Source of the DNA: the human T2T-CHM13v2.0 reference genome, Homo sapiens
Direction: 5' to 3' (one strand)
Assembly (NCBI RefSeq): GCF_009914755.1
Contig: NC_060925.1
DNA length: 64,000 bases
Part shown: positions 1-14,278 of the stretch, one piece after another
Position numbering within the stretch: the first letter of the stretch is position 1
Layout of the letters: each line of letters starts with the position of its first letter
Made by a program: the position numbers and the translations under genes
The notes under the pieces: generated by a model
Database searches by the model: none
What the model saw: only the letters and a program-made list of their open reading frames with translations
What the model was told of the DNA's origin: nothing

Positions 1-19
1 GTAGGAGAACAAAACCCAC

Positions 20-1300
20 TAGTCAAGGTGCCAGCTCTGTCTATAGGAAGTCAGTAGTCTATTTAATAGGTGAAACTGGCAAATCAACAGACACTTAACT
101 ACACAGTCTAATAATTTCAACAGGGAAAAAATGCAGTGTGTTCTGGAAAAACATTAAAGGAAGATCCAATCTAATCTTGGGAGCTCAGGGAGATTTCCTG
201 GAGGAGTTGATATTTAATTCAAGTTCTAAGTAAAAAGACAGGAGTATGAAGCAAGAGAAGGTTCCAAGCAAAGAAAGCAGCATATGCAAATTATTGTGAT
301 TAGGGATATAATGTCATTTGAGAAACCACTATCAGTTGGGTGGCTTGAAGACACAGCATGGGTTGAAAAGTGATCTGAGCAGATGCAATGATATAAATAT
401 GGCTATATCAAAAAGGGTTTTAAATATAAGCTAAAACGCTTGTTTGAACATTATCCTGAGGAAAATGGGGGGATCTATTAGTTATTGAACTTCAGAAGAG
501 ACATGATTAGATCTGAGTTTTGGAAAGATCATTATAGATGCAGTGAAATGAATTGACTGGTGTGGGAAAAGAGGAAAAGGAATATGAGGTAGAAAACAGT
601 GGCAGTTCCTAGTGAGATGTGTTGATGGTTGGAATGAGGAGTGAGATAGTGGGAGTAGAGAGAGGTGGACAGATCTGATATTTAGGAGGCAAAGTCTGCA
701 CAGATTTGGGGATAGAAGAATTTCGTCCATTTAGATTTGTTCAGTCTATGAGATGCCCATGAAACGTCCAAGTAGAGATCTATAGCAGACAAGACAGTTG
801 GCCAGGAGCTCAGAAGAGAGTCCAGAGGTATATTTGTAGTGGTTATCATACCAACAATGGGCAAAATAAGGAAGTGCATAAACTGTGAAGAGCCAAGAAA
901 TAAGAAATCTCATGCCTGGGTCTCCAAAACCCTGAAAGTTAAGAGGCAAATAGAGAAATCTGTGAAAGGTACTAAGATGGAGGGTGATGAAGTTATGGCA
1001 CAACAAAGAAGAGAGTAATGGAAGCTAAAAAGGAGTGAAAAATGCTGCAGTGAGGCCAAATTGAGGACTGAGAAGTAATCATTGAATTTTGCAACAAGAA
1101 AAATATCAGTGATCACAGCAAATAAGGTTTCAGTGTATAAGTGGGGGATACACACCAGATTCCAGTGAACTGAGAAATAAACTTGAGAGAGAGGAATTAA
1201 GAGACAGTAAATGCAGCTGAGTTTGTGAAAATAGGAGAGACATAGGAGAATAGCTAGCGTGGACCATGAATCAATGTAAGAGTGTATTATGATGGGAGAG
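20..1300 (-). mobile_element. Ancient L2 LINE fragment(s)
   Basis: Degenerate purine-rich sequence typical of antisense L2 (e.g. ggccaggagctcagaagagagtccagagg, gaggactgagaagtaatcattgaatttt); boundaries approximate. Confidence 0.65.
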
Positions 1301-1367
1301 AACTGTGGTGAGTAAGCCTATACAGATATGGCTGGTTAAGATATAAAAGTGAAATATAAGAATGAAA

Positions 1368-1536
1368 TGTTGGGCATGGTGGCCCACGCCTGTAATCCCA
1401 GCACTTTGGGAGGCCGAAGCGGGTGGATCACTTGAAGCCAGGAGTTTGGGGCTGCAGTGAGCTGTGATTGTGCCACTGTACTTCAGCCTAGGTTATAGAG
1501 TGAGACCCTGTCTCAAAATGAAAATAAAAATAAAAA
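1368..1536 (+). mobile_element. Monomeric Alu (FRAM-like or left/right-arm chimera)
   Basis: Alu 5' end running straight into a right-arm 3' end and A-rich tail. Confidence 0.85.
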
Positions 1537-3893
1537 GGGATGAAACAACACTGAGGTGGTGAGAGAGGATGGGGTAAGAAGCACAGGGAAGCTCAACACA
1601 GACAGCAAGAGAAGCAAGAATGGGTGCACACAGAGTCAAAGTGTATTTGTAAAGCAGAGCGAGTTAAAACATTAGAGACATTTCCTCCTTGCTTTCTATT
1701 TACCCTGAAAGATTATGGTCTGATATTGAGAATGACTGAGAATGTAGCATGCCAGTAGAGGAAGTGGAGAAAGCTTTGAATAATCATCCCACTAAATAGG
1801 AGATCGATCCGATTACAGAAAGGATTGCCAGGAAGTCAGGAAGGCCTGATTGAGGTTGGGAACCATGACATCTTGGTAGCAATAATTTATAGGATTGAGT
1901 GACTTTTCAACAGCGACGTGCAGAATTTCAGATAGACACGGGAATACAACAAGATTGATCCAGGATCAGAAACTCTCTTGGTGGATGCACTGGGAAACCA
2001 AGACTGGAGGAAGTTGAGAGCATTTGTGAGTTGTAGTGTCTGATCGTTTTTGCTGTTGGTGTAATGATTTCTTTAATGTCACTCTTGCCTGTAAGAGGGG
2101 CAGTGATGTGTTTATTAATCATCACTGTACCTCCAGTGCAAGGATGGGGACATTTTGTGTGTGCATTAACAATTTATTAAACGCATCACAGTCCTACCTG
2201 CAAACCTGATTTATTTGGTTACTATTTTATCACCCTATCATATTGCAGAGATTTTTTACCTTGTGACCAACCAAAAGTGTATTTTATTCGAACTTAAGGC
2301 AAAACATTTTGACATCAGAGATGAAGAGACATCAAATCTATTTTTTAAAGAGGTCATGAAAAGAACATCCCTTTGTCTTTCCCGACACTCCATTTATATT
2401 ACATACATTTTCCTTTCGGACACTTGTTCTGTTCTGTTCTCTTGGGTAAGTGTCATGTGTGGTTTAAACTCAGGGCTCTTCCTTCTTTGTGGAACTTTAT
2501 CAGATACGTTGATGGTGACTAATTAGATGTTTCAACTTCAAACAAGTTAATGTTTCAACTTCAAGTTGAAAAGATTATTGCATTGAACTGTACTCTTTAC
2601 CTTTGCTTCTCTCAAGAAAATGTTTATGGCCCTATTTTCTTATTCTCATATGTTTGCTTCTTAACTGTTTAATGATGTCACTGCCTCTCAATCAACTCTC
2701 TCCTAGGCCTCTACTGTCCTCATTAATTGCAGAATATAATTCCACAGAAGCCCCTTTATGATGCTGGAGAATTTTCACATAATTTGTATGATAGAGTCTA
2801 AGTAATACCTATGTTTCTGTCCCACTCTTTACTTTGAAATTTTGCACCTCCCTGCCAGTTTGCTTGCATCTTTTTCTCTGACTTTGCATGCTTGAAATCG
2901 ATTATTTGGTAAAATGCCTCACCTTCCAGGTACAGAAGTGTCCCCAACCACACAACATTATTTGACTTTTAGTAGTAGTTCCTTAAGACATGTCCCCAGT
3001 ATTTCCTTACAGCAAGTGCTCACGTAAAGCAGACGAATATTTGACAAAATCTGCAGGAGACACAGGTGGAGAGTGAACGAGGCTCACAAGTGGCTGCCAT
3101 CAGCCCTTCCTTCCCGGCAGCAGTGTGGAGGGGCCGTCAGCTGCCAGACACTTCACACTCCACTGTTTGCTCCCGTTTCTCTTGTAAAGGGCTGGGTGGG
3201 ACAGCAGGGGTGTGATGACATGATTCCCAGTGACAGAAATCTTGGCTCCTGTTGGCTCTAAGCTGGACAGACAAGAAACTGGATAAAAATTCTTTTAATA
3301 ATTTGTTTCCGTTTACAGTACCACGTCAGTGACCACAAATTTATTAGGCTGCTCTTGGACATCTGTTAGTAAATCGGGCACATTCATCAAATGTGAGGCC
3401 CCAGATGGGAGCTGGAAAGCATTAATAAAATGCAGCCAATGTTCACGAAAAGGCAAGGCAGTGGAAATTTACCTATTGTAGAGGGAGGAGGTGCTCTCTG
3501 TGCTTAATAGCTCTTCGTCGTATACCCGACTGAGCAGAAATATCTCAGTGGAGCAATTCTGGGATTTATGTGATGCAACCACCTACCATCTTTGTCTTAT
3601 CTCTTACTTTTCACAGGCATGAACCTGTCATTCTAGAAACACTAACCTACTCATTCTCCCTAAACTATATAAAAAAAAAGTCTGGATATGCTATTTTTCT
3701 AAGCTGGAAGTAAATGATCCGACCTTGAATTGTGATTAAAAAAAGATTATTTGCAGGATGTCATGACACTTTACAATGGCTTAAATTTTTGAAAAACTTA
3801 GGAAAAAAAAATCAAAGTATAACCGAAAGCAGTTGTTTCAGTTAATATGACATTATTTTAGGTTTAGAGATAAATTTCCAGCAGAAGAATTTG

Positions 3894-4011
3894 TCTCTTT
3901 ATGATTTGTATGAATTCTTGCTATGGCCTTGCTGTTCCTCTGCTTGGGTTTTCTCTTTATGATTTGTACGAATTCTTGTTATGGCCTTGCTGTTCCTTTG
4001 CTTGAGTTTTC
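3894..4011. repeat. 58-bp tandem duplication (2 copies, 4 transitions)
   Basis: tctctttatgatttgta[t/c]gaattcttg[c/t]tatggccttgctgttcct[c/t]tgcttg[g/a]gttt repeated with period 58. Confidence 0.95.
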
Positions 4012-7000
4012 CAGAACGCCACACCATTTCAGTCCACAAATAATGGTTTGTTTCTAAGAGGAGCTACTATTTGCTCATAAAACTCATTTTCTATGGAATA
4101 AAAGCAGCCTGTTTAGGCTGATTCAGAACCTGTAGAACATTTTCCTGTAGTTGGGCAACCGCTCTCCTTGCTTTTACTTAGAGAAAAAATTGATTAATCG
4201 AAACCTATGGATAATAGCTTTGGGAAGTTTCATTTTCTATTTGTAACTAAACATTTTCTATGTCATGAAGGGTCAAGGGAACCTAGGGTTTTTCACTTTA
4301 AGGTAAACCTCCAGTTACAGCTTAAACTATGAACGTGGAAATGTCTCCTATATTGTTAAGTAAAATATGCAAGATAAAACAATCTATTTTTTTAATGTTA
4401 ATATTCTCTGTTAAGTGCATTCAATTCAACAATGTTTACTGGTTACCCAACATGTGTGAAACACTATGTAGGGGTTAGGGACAACACAAAGAACAAAGTC
4501 CTTCTACTTATAAAGCTCATATTCTAGTGAATATGTGGCTCAGACTTCGGGAAATGTCCTAAGTCAGACCATGATGTGTCAGTGTGGGACAGCCCATGCC
4601 CCTGTCAACAGGGGTGGTGTTTGTCATGTCAAGATATCCTTGGAAGTGGTCAATCTTAAATTGTTCTTGAGGTCAATCTGACAGTCGGATATGAGACTTT
4701 AGAAAGCGTGGCTAAGAGTAAAATGAAGAAACTGTTTACTCTTTTTCTTCCACTAGGAGTCACTTGAGCCCAGACTCTGGGCCTAAATATACCTACAAGA
4801 TTTTAGTGATATTGGCCACTGTCCTGAGACATGAGAAGAGCCTCAGAGAAGTAGCTTCTAAAAGACACAAGGATAGATCTGGGCTGGGAAAGGGTCGTAG
4901 TTACCCTGTGTGCTGTGTTTTTCTTCTTCTATCCCTGGAGCTCAACAAAACCTTGTGAAAAGTTAGAGTCTGAGAGATCACGGAGGAAGTCTGTGAAGTG
5001 GTACAGGCTGCGTAATACCCCGGGCACAAGCAGTGCCCTTGGCTAGGGTCAAAGTGATTGTGCCAAGAAGTGGGGGGGGGGGGGGAAAAGGCTGTAGCAA
5101 GAGTATGGGCTTCACAGGCCGCTGAGGGCAAAGAGACATGAGATACTGGTTCACGAGAGGCCCGAGAAAATGACCACATATGGGGAGTAGGAAAGACACT
5201 GAGTGGGGCTCGTTCCAATGATAAAGCCAGAGTGGGCTCAGGCCTTCAAAGAAGACTGGACAGACAGATGTGCTAGAATTTTAGCTATGGCTATCTCAGG
5301 GAGCTTTTCGTGAGTGCTTTTTATTTTCTTCTTTTTATTTTTTTCATGTTTCCCAAATTCGAAATTACAAAAAGCAAATTAGAGTCATTGCTTTTAAAGA
5401 ATCCAAAATGTTTTAAGAAAAATGTATACATTATAAGTAACTACATGTGACATTTGACTCCTGTCCCTAGGCAGGGGCTGCTGAAACATCTACCAACCAA
5501 TATCCATATCCAAACATCCAATATCCAAACAACCAATATCCAATATCCCAGGAAGACTTGGCAGATCAGTTCGTGAGGGCCAAGGGTTCACTGATGGTGC
5601 TGCCAAAAGTAAGAATAAAGATGGGGTGCACCCATCACTTCTCACACAGGAAGCCCATGACTATCCACACATACCCGTGTTCATGGATGAACCCCAGCAG
5701 AGGAAGAGGTGAATGTCATGTTTGCTAAAACAAATGAGTAAGCCTCAGGCCTTTGAAAACCAGACACTCCCTCTTCCTACGGGCATTCAGTAGAAGCAAA
5801 ATGCTACTGATGCCTGGCAGATCCCTTCCAAAATTTGGTTTAAATCAAAACAGCAGTTATTACCCGAAAATAACACAAATCACAATCTGAGCATGTGCCT
5901 CCTGTGAAATGGAGATAATCAGAATTCAACATGGTGCGTATAATGTACTGTAATGGGCCTCAAAGCCCAGGTATTAGTGAGCACGGCAGGAAGCAGGAAT
6001 TCTGGATAATTCAAGAGGCCCCAATCACTTGAATTTAATATAACTGCAAAATTAAAAAAAAAAAAGCATTTTAGTCTCATTAGACTTGCAGCCTCCCTCA
6101 CTTAAAGGGGAATTTTCAAAATTTGAAAATCGTATCAGATGTTACAATTGAGGTTTTTAGACTCATTATTTTTAAAAGGGTGACCTTTTACTGTACAGCA
6201 GGAACCTGTCTTGTGTGGTTTGAGACAAATGACAATGAAGAGATGGATATGTTCCTAGGATCATATTTAGGCTATAAAACATCTATCAGTGCCCTTATCA
6301 CACTTTTTGTACTGCTGTAGTTAGCATCTCCTATCATTATTAGCTGTGATAAAAGAAAATGTTTCATGAAATATGACATAGAAATAGAATAAGCAGCATT
6401 GTTCTCAACTGAAATACAGGAGGGGGAAAACCTAACTCATTCCTCATCTGGGAAATAAGAAATACCGCATTATCTTTAATAAAAGATAAAGGGACCTGAC
6501 TTTTCAGACAGCTCTTACACAACTATCTATGGCCGCTTCTGGGTAACAGATATAATCGTACATTTCTCTGTCATTTTCTGAGTGGCTACCCTGATGAATA
6601 GGCACATCCTTAGATGATATCTTCTGCTCTAGGCCTTATTAGCTTTATCCAGTGCTTTTTACTTTTCTTTTCTTTTCTTTTCGTCTATTCTTCTTCCCTT
6701 CTTCCTTTTTTAGGAAAGTTGCTTATGTCTTATTTCTTTGCCAAAGGAAATTCAAGTCGGCTTATAAAAGGAACACATATATGCAGAAAGGAAAGTGAGG
6801 CTCTAAAAAGAAGAAGAAAGCAAAGAGGCCAGCCAGCTACTGGAAGAATCAGACAATGCCACAGGACAATTGTGCATCGTCCATTTGGTCTGTGTAGCCA
6901 TGTTCATTTTTGTTTTTTCTAGTGGACAGTGTAGAAATATCAAGCTCTGCTGTAATAGGAGATGTTCCTGTGTGTAATTAAACACATCTCCAAATGTCCA

Positions 7001-7279
7001 TTGAACCCTGGCCTCATTATGTTTGTTCAAGTTCTACAAGATAAAAGACAGAAATTCTAATTAGATTTCCAGCTGCCTTTTGTATTTTCCTTAATAGCTG
7101 ACAACTCTAATAAACAATATATATTTAAAAAACCAATCAGATAAAAATGAGAGAGGTCACAAAACTCTGGGACTGGCATTTATAGATGCATGTGCTGTCC
7201 AGCAAAAACCAAAAATGGAATTAGGACAGACAGATCACCTGCTGGTCTCTAACAAACGTACTGTGTTGGCATGATGCCG

Positions 7280-7570
7280 ACACACCAGGTATGAATCCCA
7301 GCTCTGCTCCTCAGTTCTGCTGGGAGTCTCAGGGGCTTCATCTGTGAAGTGAAGGTGACATCCCTCGCCTGGAGCAGTGTTCATGCTTTTAAATCAAATG
7401 TATCTGGGTTTGAATACTGGTTATCTCTCCTATTCGCTTCATGATCTGAGACTTACATTTTTAAATATTTCTTCAAATTTTCTTTCTTTTCTCTTGGAGT
7501 TCAGAATAATATATATCAAGTTCTCAACATGATGTTCAGCACATAGTTGATGCTCAGTAAATGTGAGCTT
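7280..7570 (+). mobile_element. MIR-derived fragments
   Basis: gaatcccagctctgc, ctgggtttgaat, cagcacatagttgatgctcagtaaatgt resemble MIR core and tail. Confidence 0.55.
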
Positions 7571-8194
7571 TCTTGCCCCCTTCCTACTTACAAGAACTAA
7601 ATGAAAGGACAACATCCAGCATGGTACCTGGGGAGACCCAATTGATTAATGCTCATGTGTGATAGTTCTTTTTTGCTGGAACTGCAATATAGTGATAGAG
7701 GTGGGAAGTGAAGGCAGCCAGAAACTCAAACCTGAAAAAGCCTTTATCAACGGGAAAGATGGTCGGAAATAATGGCAGACATCCTGGGGGAAATATCCCC
7801 TACTTTGGCAATGAAAACTTCAACGTATGGCCTTCATGAAGACCTTTCAGTACATTCTAGGTTTGGGGACTTTGTTGTGCAGAGCAATCGGATAATTATA
7901 CAAGTCAACGGAAACAACAGTCACTCGTTGCATTACAGAATGCAGTATTTAAATGCAAACGCAACACCAAAAACAAATAAGGTGGGGAGTAAAAGAAAAG
8001 AGTGTGGCTAGCTTCTAGGTTAAATAAGACAGTTGGTCCCAACAGGTTGGATGTGACGGGACTGCACTGGATGGCACTGATCACTTTGAATGGCAGACAT
8101 CACAGAGCAACATGTGCAGACTTCTCACTTTCTGTACACTAGAGCATTCCCAAGAGGCAAGAGGCCACCAAAAGAGAGATTCCTGGTGGTATTA

Positions 8195-8867
<673 letters not shown>

Positions 8868-9748
8868 AGGGTACCAACAGAATATAGGCAAAAATAAATT
8901 CCTCCCTTCTAAAGAAAAGCTCCTAATACGCTGAAATGAATACACAAAGAAAACTATAGTTCTTGCTCATCTCACATGAAATAAGTAGAACTACATATAA
9001 GATTCCCTGTGTACACAACTAGGAAGCTCCAGCTGCAGTAGCCAGGGTGTGGGATGAGAGCAGGTACCCAAAGATATGAGGACTTTGTTTGTTCCTTAAG
9101 CATTATTTATAATATAAAATGCACGTTTGCAAAATGAATGCTTGGGTAATATCTATTATCTTGAAACTAGGTCAAATCAATCAATCTTGTTAGATTTATA
9201 CTTAATGGCTCCAAACTATGACTTCTTGCATATTATCATCAGAGTGTTAAATATATCTCAGAAACCTAGAATGTTTTTATATAGTGGTCTACTAGCACTG
9301 GAACGATAATAAAGCGGTCATTTTTATTGATCTCCTATGGACATGACAGCTTGCTCAGTGGACAATAAAATATATATTTTGTAGGTTTATAGGTTTGTAA
9401 GGGTCTTAATGGTTATTTGCAAGGGATATTTTAAATGCTTCTACCGCTTCCCTCTACTGAAGCAAGATTGTTGTTTGAAACAATTTGAAGAGCATACAGA
9501 AAAGATCTGTTTTTATTGACCTGTAATATACGAGTTGAAATACATAGGAAATTGCTCTAACAAAATGGTGTATCCAGAATGCAACAGGTAAATATAACAT
9601 CAAATCCAAGGAAATACATTACTTTATTCCAAAAGACATTATGTAATGTGCCTTTGGGTCAGTTGGGTCCATGCCTCTCTTATGGTTGCCCGCCATTTAT
9701 GCAAAAGCAGAATCAAGGTCTGAAATAGTTGTTCAAAAAGGTGCAGGA

Positions 9749-10228
9749 CACGTATGTTTATTGCGGCATTATTCACAATAGCAAAGACTTGGAACCAAGC
9801 CAAATGTCCAACAATGATAGACTGGATTAAGAAAATGTGGCACATATACACCATGGAATACTATGCAGCCATAAAAAATGATGAGTTCATGTCCTTTGTA
9901 GGGACATGGATGAAATTGGAAATCATCATTCTCAGTAAACTATCGCAAGAACAAAAAACCAAACACCGCATATTCTCACTCATAGGTGGGAGTTGAACAA
10001 TGAGATCACATGGACACAGGAAGGGGAATATCACACTCTGGGGACTGTGGTGGGGTGGGGGGAGGGGGGAGGGATAGCATTGGGAGATATACCTAATGCT
10101 AGATGACGCGTTAGTGGGTGCAGCGCACCAGCATGGCACATGTATACATATGTAACTAACCTGCACAATGTGCACATGTACCCTAAAACTTAAAGTATAA
10201 TAAAAAAAAACAAAACAAAAAAAAAAAC
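9749..10228 (+). mobile_element. Young 5'-truncated L1 (L1PA2/L1HS boundary), end of ORF2 plus 3'UTR
   Basis: ORF2 C-terminus MFIAALFTIAKTWNQ..., G-rich 3'UTR tract, poly(A), perfect TSD AAAAAGGTGCAGGA at 9735-9748 and 10229-10242. Confidence 0.97.
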
Positions 10229-10241
10229 AAAAAGGTGCAGG

Positions 10242-10565
10242 AGTCTGGTGCAGTGGCTTATACCTGTAATCCCAGCACCTTGAGAGGCCAAGGCAGGGAG
10301 ATCCCTTGAGACCAGAGTTTGAGGCCAGCCTGGGCAACAACCCCGCCTCTCAAAAAAAAAAAAAAAAAAAAAAATTAAAATCAACTAACTAAATGAATAA
10401 ATATCAGCTGAATGTGGTGATACATGCCTGTGGTCCCAGCTATTCAGGAAGCTTAAGCGGGAGGATCACCTGGGCCTGGGAGGTCAAGGGTGCAGCGGGC
10501 CGTGATTGTGCCACTGCACTCCAGCCTGGACAACAGGAGAAAGACTCCAATTAAAAAAAAAAAAA
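10242..10565 (+). mobile_element. AluJ
   Basis: Diverged dimeric Alu with J-type right arm (gggaggatcacctgggcctgggaggtcaagg) and expanded middle A tract. Confidence 0.9.
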
Positions 10566-10741
10566 GGAGCAGGCACACAGGGTACAGGTTGTACCTACTG
10601 TGCTTTTATTTCAAGGTTTTTGTGTGACTTTAGATATTCACAAGTTTCTCTCCTGTTAATTTTCTGGTTGTAAATTGATGAGATATCTGCCTGGCTACTT
10701 CATGATATTGATATGATAATCAAGTAAAATAATGTAATTAA

Positions 10742-11382
<641 letters not shown>

Positions 11383-12624
11383 AGAGACATTCTTTACTTT
11401 CTCAGTTCTGATGCACCCTCATGTTCCTAGGGCTGTAATTTCATTGGCAGTTTAACTAAATTCGTGGAATACAAAGGCCATTTGTAATGGAGTTTTATTA
11501 AATTAATTAACAAGATTTAGAGCACTTTCTTCTTCAGAAGACTTGTGGCAGGCTTGGGAGGCAGATGACAGACTCTATAATGGTGTGCACAATGGATTGA
11601 TTTAATTCATTCGGTGATAATTAAGTTACTTGATCCAGTTGTTTGATGGTGTGTAAGCAAAACATCTGGTTGATTTGCCTGAATCTTGATTTTCACTGGT
11701 ATTTTTACAACAGATATTGCTTCTAGAGGAAGAAACTTTGCAGGTATTTGTCATTAAGTTTTTATCCTAGATAAATTATATTTATCCTTAATCTTATTCT
11801 TCTATCTGCATTTTAAGCCATTTTGTTTACACTGGGTTTTGTTTAGATAAAAAACAATTCATTTAAAATTTCTTTCTGTTCACGTTCTCACATCCATTTA
11901 AGAGAGCACAAACTGAATCATCAGTTACCATAAATCCGATGCCACTTCAGTGAATTCCCATCAGTCAAAAAAACAAGTGATTATTGAGAATTGATTGACC
12001 GTGGCACTTCATTTGATGGCTGGAGAGGGTATGTGTCCTCTGCCATTATGTTGCTTAGATTCAACTGAAGTGATGAGACCAACATACATAAAATAAAAAA
12101 TATAAGATAATTAAACTAAGCAACAGATAAAGTAGTATCAAATGGAAATATTCTTTCAGCTCATGGCAAAGAAAAGCCAATGGGGGCTGAATTATGGAAG
12201 AAAGGCTCATGGAATAGGCTGTATTTGAAGACTAGTATAAAAGTTGTATGCATTTCTAAAAAATTCAATTCAGTTAAATGTGCTTGCACATATTCAGAGT
12301 TTTAAAAATTTGGCCTACATAAAAATACAATTAAGATTCTGGCCCACTTGCATGTTGATTCTTTTAAGTATCACAAAACATGGTATTAAAAGCACTTTTC
12401 AGAGGAAGGGAAAAAAAAAAAACCAGAGAAATTAATTTGCCCAATGCCTGTAACCAGTAAGTGCTTGAAACAGGATTGAAGCTCAAGCATGTCTGCAAAG
12501 CTCATGACCCTCTTCAATGCCAGGATTCCTCTCAAGGAATGCTGAAAACTCAAGAAGCATGGGATGATGGAGAGAAGGAAAAAAGATGGAGCAAATAGCT
12601 GCCACTCAAAGAACACAGAAATGC

Positions 12625-12937
12625 GGCCGGGTGCGGTGGCTCACACCTGTAATCCCAGCATTTTGGGAGGCCGAGGCAGGCGGATCATGAAGTCAAGAGA
12701 TCGAGACCATCCTGGCCAACATGGTGAAACCCCATCTCTACTAAAAATATAAAAATTAGCTGGGCGTGCTGGTGTGCGCCTGTAGTCTCAGCTACTCAGG
12801 AGGCTGAGGCAGGAGAATAGCTTGAACCTGGGAGGCAGAGGTTGCAGCAAGCCAAGATCATGCCACTTCACTCCAGCCTGGGCAACAGAGCAAGACTTCG
12901 TCTAAACAAACAAACAAACAAACAAACAAACAAAAAA
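12625..12937 (+). mobile_element. AluS (Sc-like) with (AAAC)n tail
   Basis: Dimeric Alu; TSD aacacagaaatgc. Confidence 0.95.
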
Positions 12938-13365
12938 ACACAGAAATGCATAACGTTCCTTGATACCCAGGAGTGACAGCAAGACTCATTTCAAATCTTA
13001 GCCTACTCATTAGATTGAGGGTCTTAAAGTACTATTCTCCCTGGTCAGCATCACTAGATGAGCTTAGTCAGGATGACTCTTACAGTGAGAGGCAGCAAGG
13101 GGCACAAATGAGCAAGGTCATGTCAAGGAATTACTGATATCTGTCAATAATTTTGTGAAGGATCCAGACTTTCTTGAAGCTTTTTATTTTGATAAATTTG
13201 CTCAAAATATTATCCATAATTAATATGACATGATATTAGTCATAAAGCATGTTTACTAAGAAAACAATAAATCTGTTCTGGAAGATAAATTTTGCAAACT
13301 CAACCCGAAGGATAGTAGGACTTATCACAGAAGGGCAGGTTTAAAAGGCAGAGGAAATACGAACG

Positions 13366-13630
13366 TGGAAGAACGTTGCCAGTAATGGCCCCAATTTGCT
13401 CACACAGTCCTGCGTCTGTGCATTGTATAGTCCTTCCTTACAGTGGCTTTGGACTTGTCCAGGGGATTTGTCTTAGTGGATGAGGCAATAGCAAATGTGA
13501 CACAAACAGAAACTCACGTTGTGCTTGTAACCCTGAGAATACCATTGTAAGAAGCCAGTGCTAGAGGCTGAAGGGCAAGAGAATGAAAAATATTTAGCTG
13601 ACAGCTTACCAAGTGCCAGATATGCCAAAA
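13366..13630 (+). mobile_element. Old MLT1-type MaLR LTR fragment
   Basis: aatggcccc...atagcaaatgtgacacaaacaga...cattgtaagaagcc resembles MLT1F/G/H. Confidence 0.55.
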
Positions 13631-13890
13631 ATCTAAGGGAGCAATGGAGTTACTTTCATGTAACTGAGAGTAAAATAGCAAAATAGCACAGGGCTTTCAG
13701 AAGCACAGCACAGTTTCCTACTTTGAGGTCTGATTAGTTGCTGTGCCCCCAGAGTGAGCCTGGCTAAAGCAAAGAGTGTCAATAGCTAGGAAGGGGCTCT
13801 GCCAATGGGAACATGTAACAACATGGAAGCAATGGGGTGGACTGTCAACAGAAGACATTAGTGGTGGATGCTATGCTTCTTAATGGGTGC

Positions 13891-14232
13891 TGTGATGATT
13901 AACTTTATACGTCAACCTGGCTAGGACACTGTACCCTGATATTTGGCCAAACACCAGTCTAGATGTTGTTGTGAAGGTATTTTTGGATGAGATTAATATT
14001 TGAATTAGTAGACTTTGAGTAAAGCAGATTACTCTTCGTAATGTGGGTGGGCTTCATCCCATCAGCTGAAGGCCTTAAGAGAAAAGAAACAGATTTTCTC
14101 CAAGGAAGAGGGAATTCTGCCACCAGACCTCCTTAAACATGAATTCATGCCTAGGTCTCCAGCCTGCTGTCCTGCTCTATGAATTTCAGAAGTACCAGTT
14201 CTCAAAATTGTGTGAGCAAATTTCTCAAAATC

Positions 14233-14278
<46 letters not shown>

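Noticed and set aside
9754-9996. 80-aa ORF2 C-terminal frame
   Set aside because: Part of a 5'-truncated L1 with no promoter; not an autonomous gene
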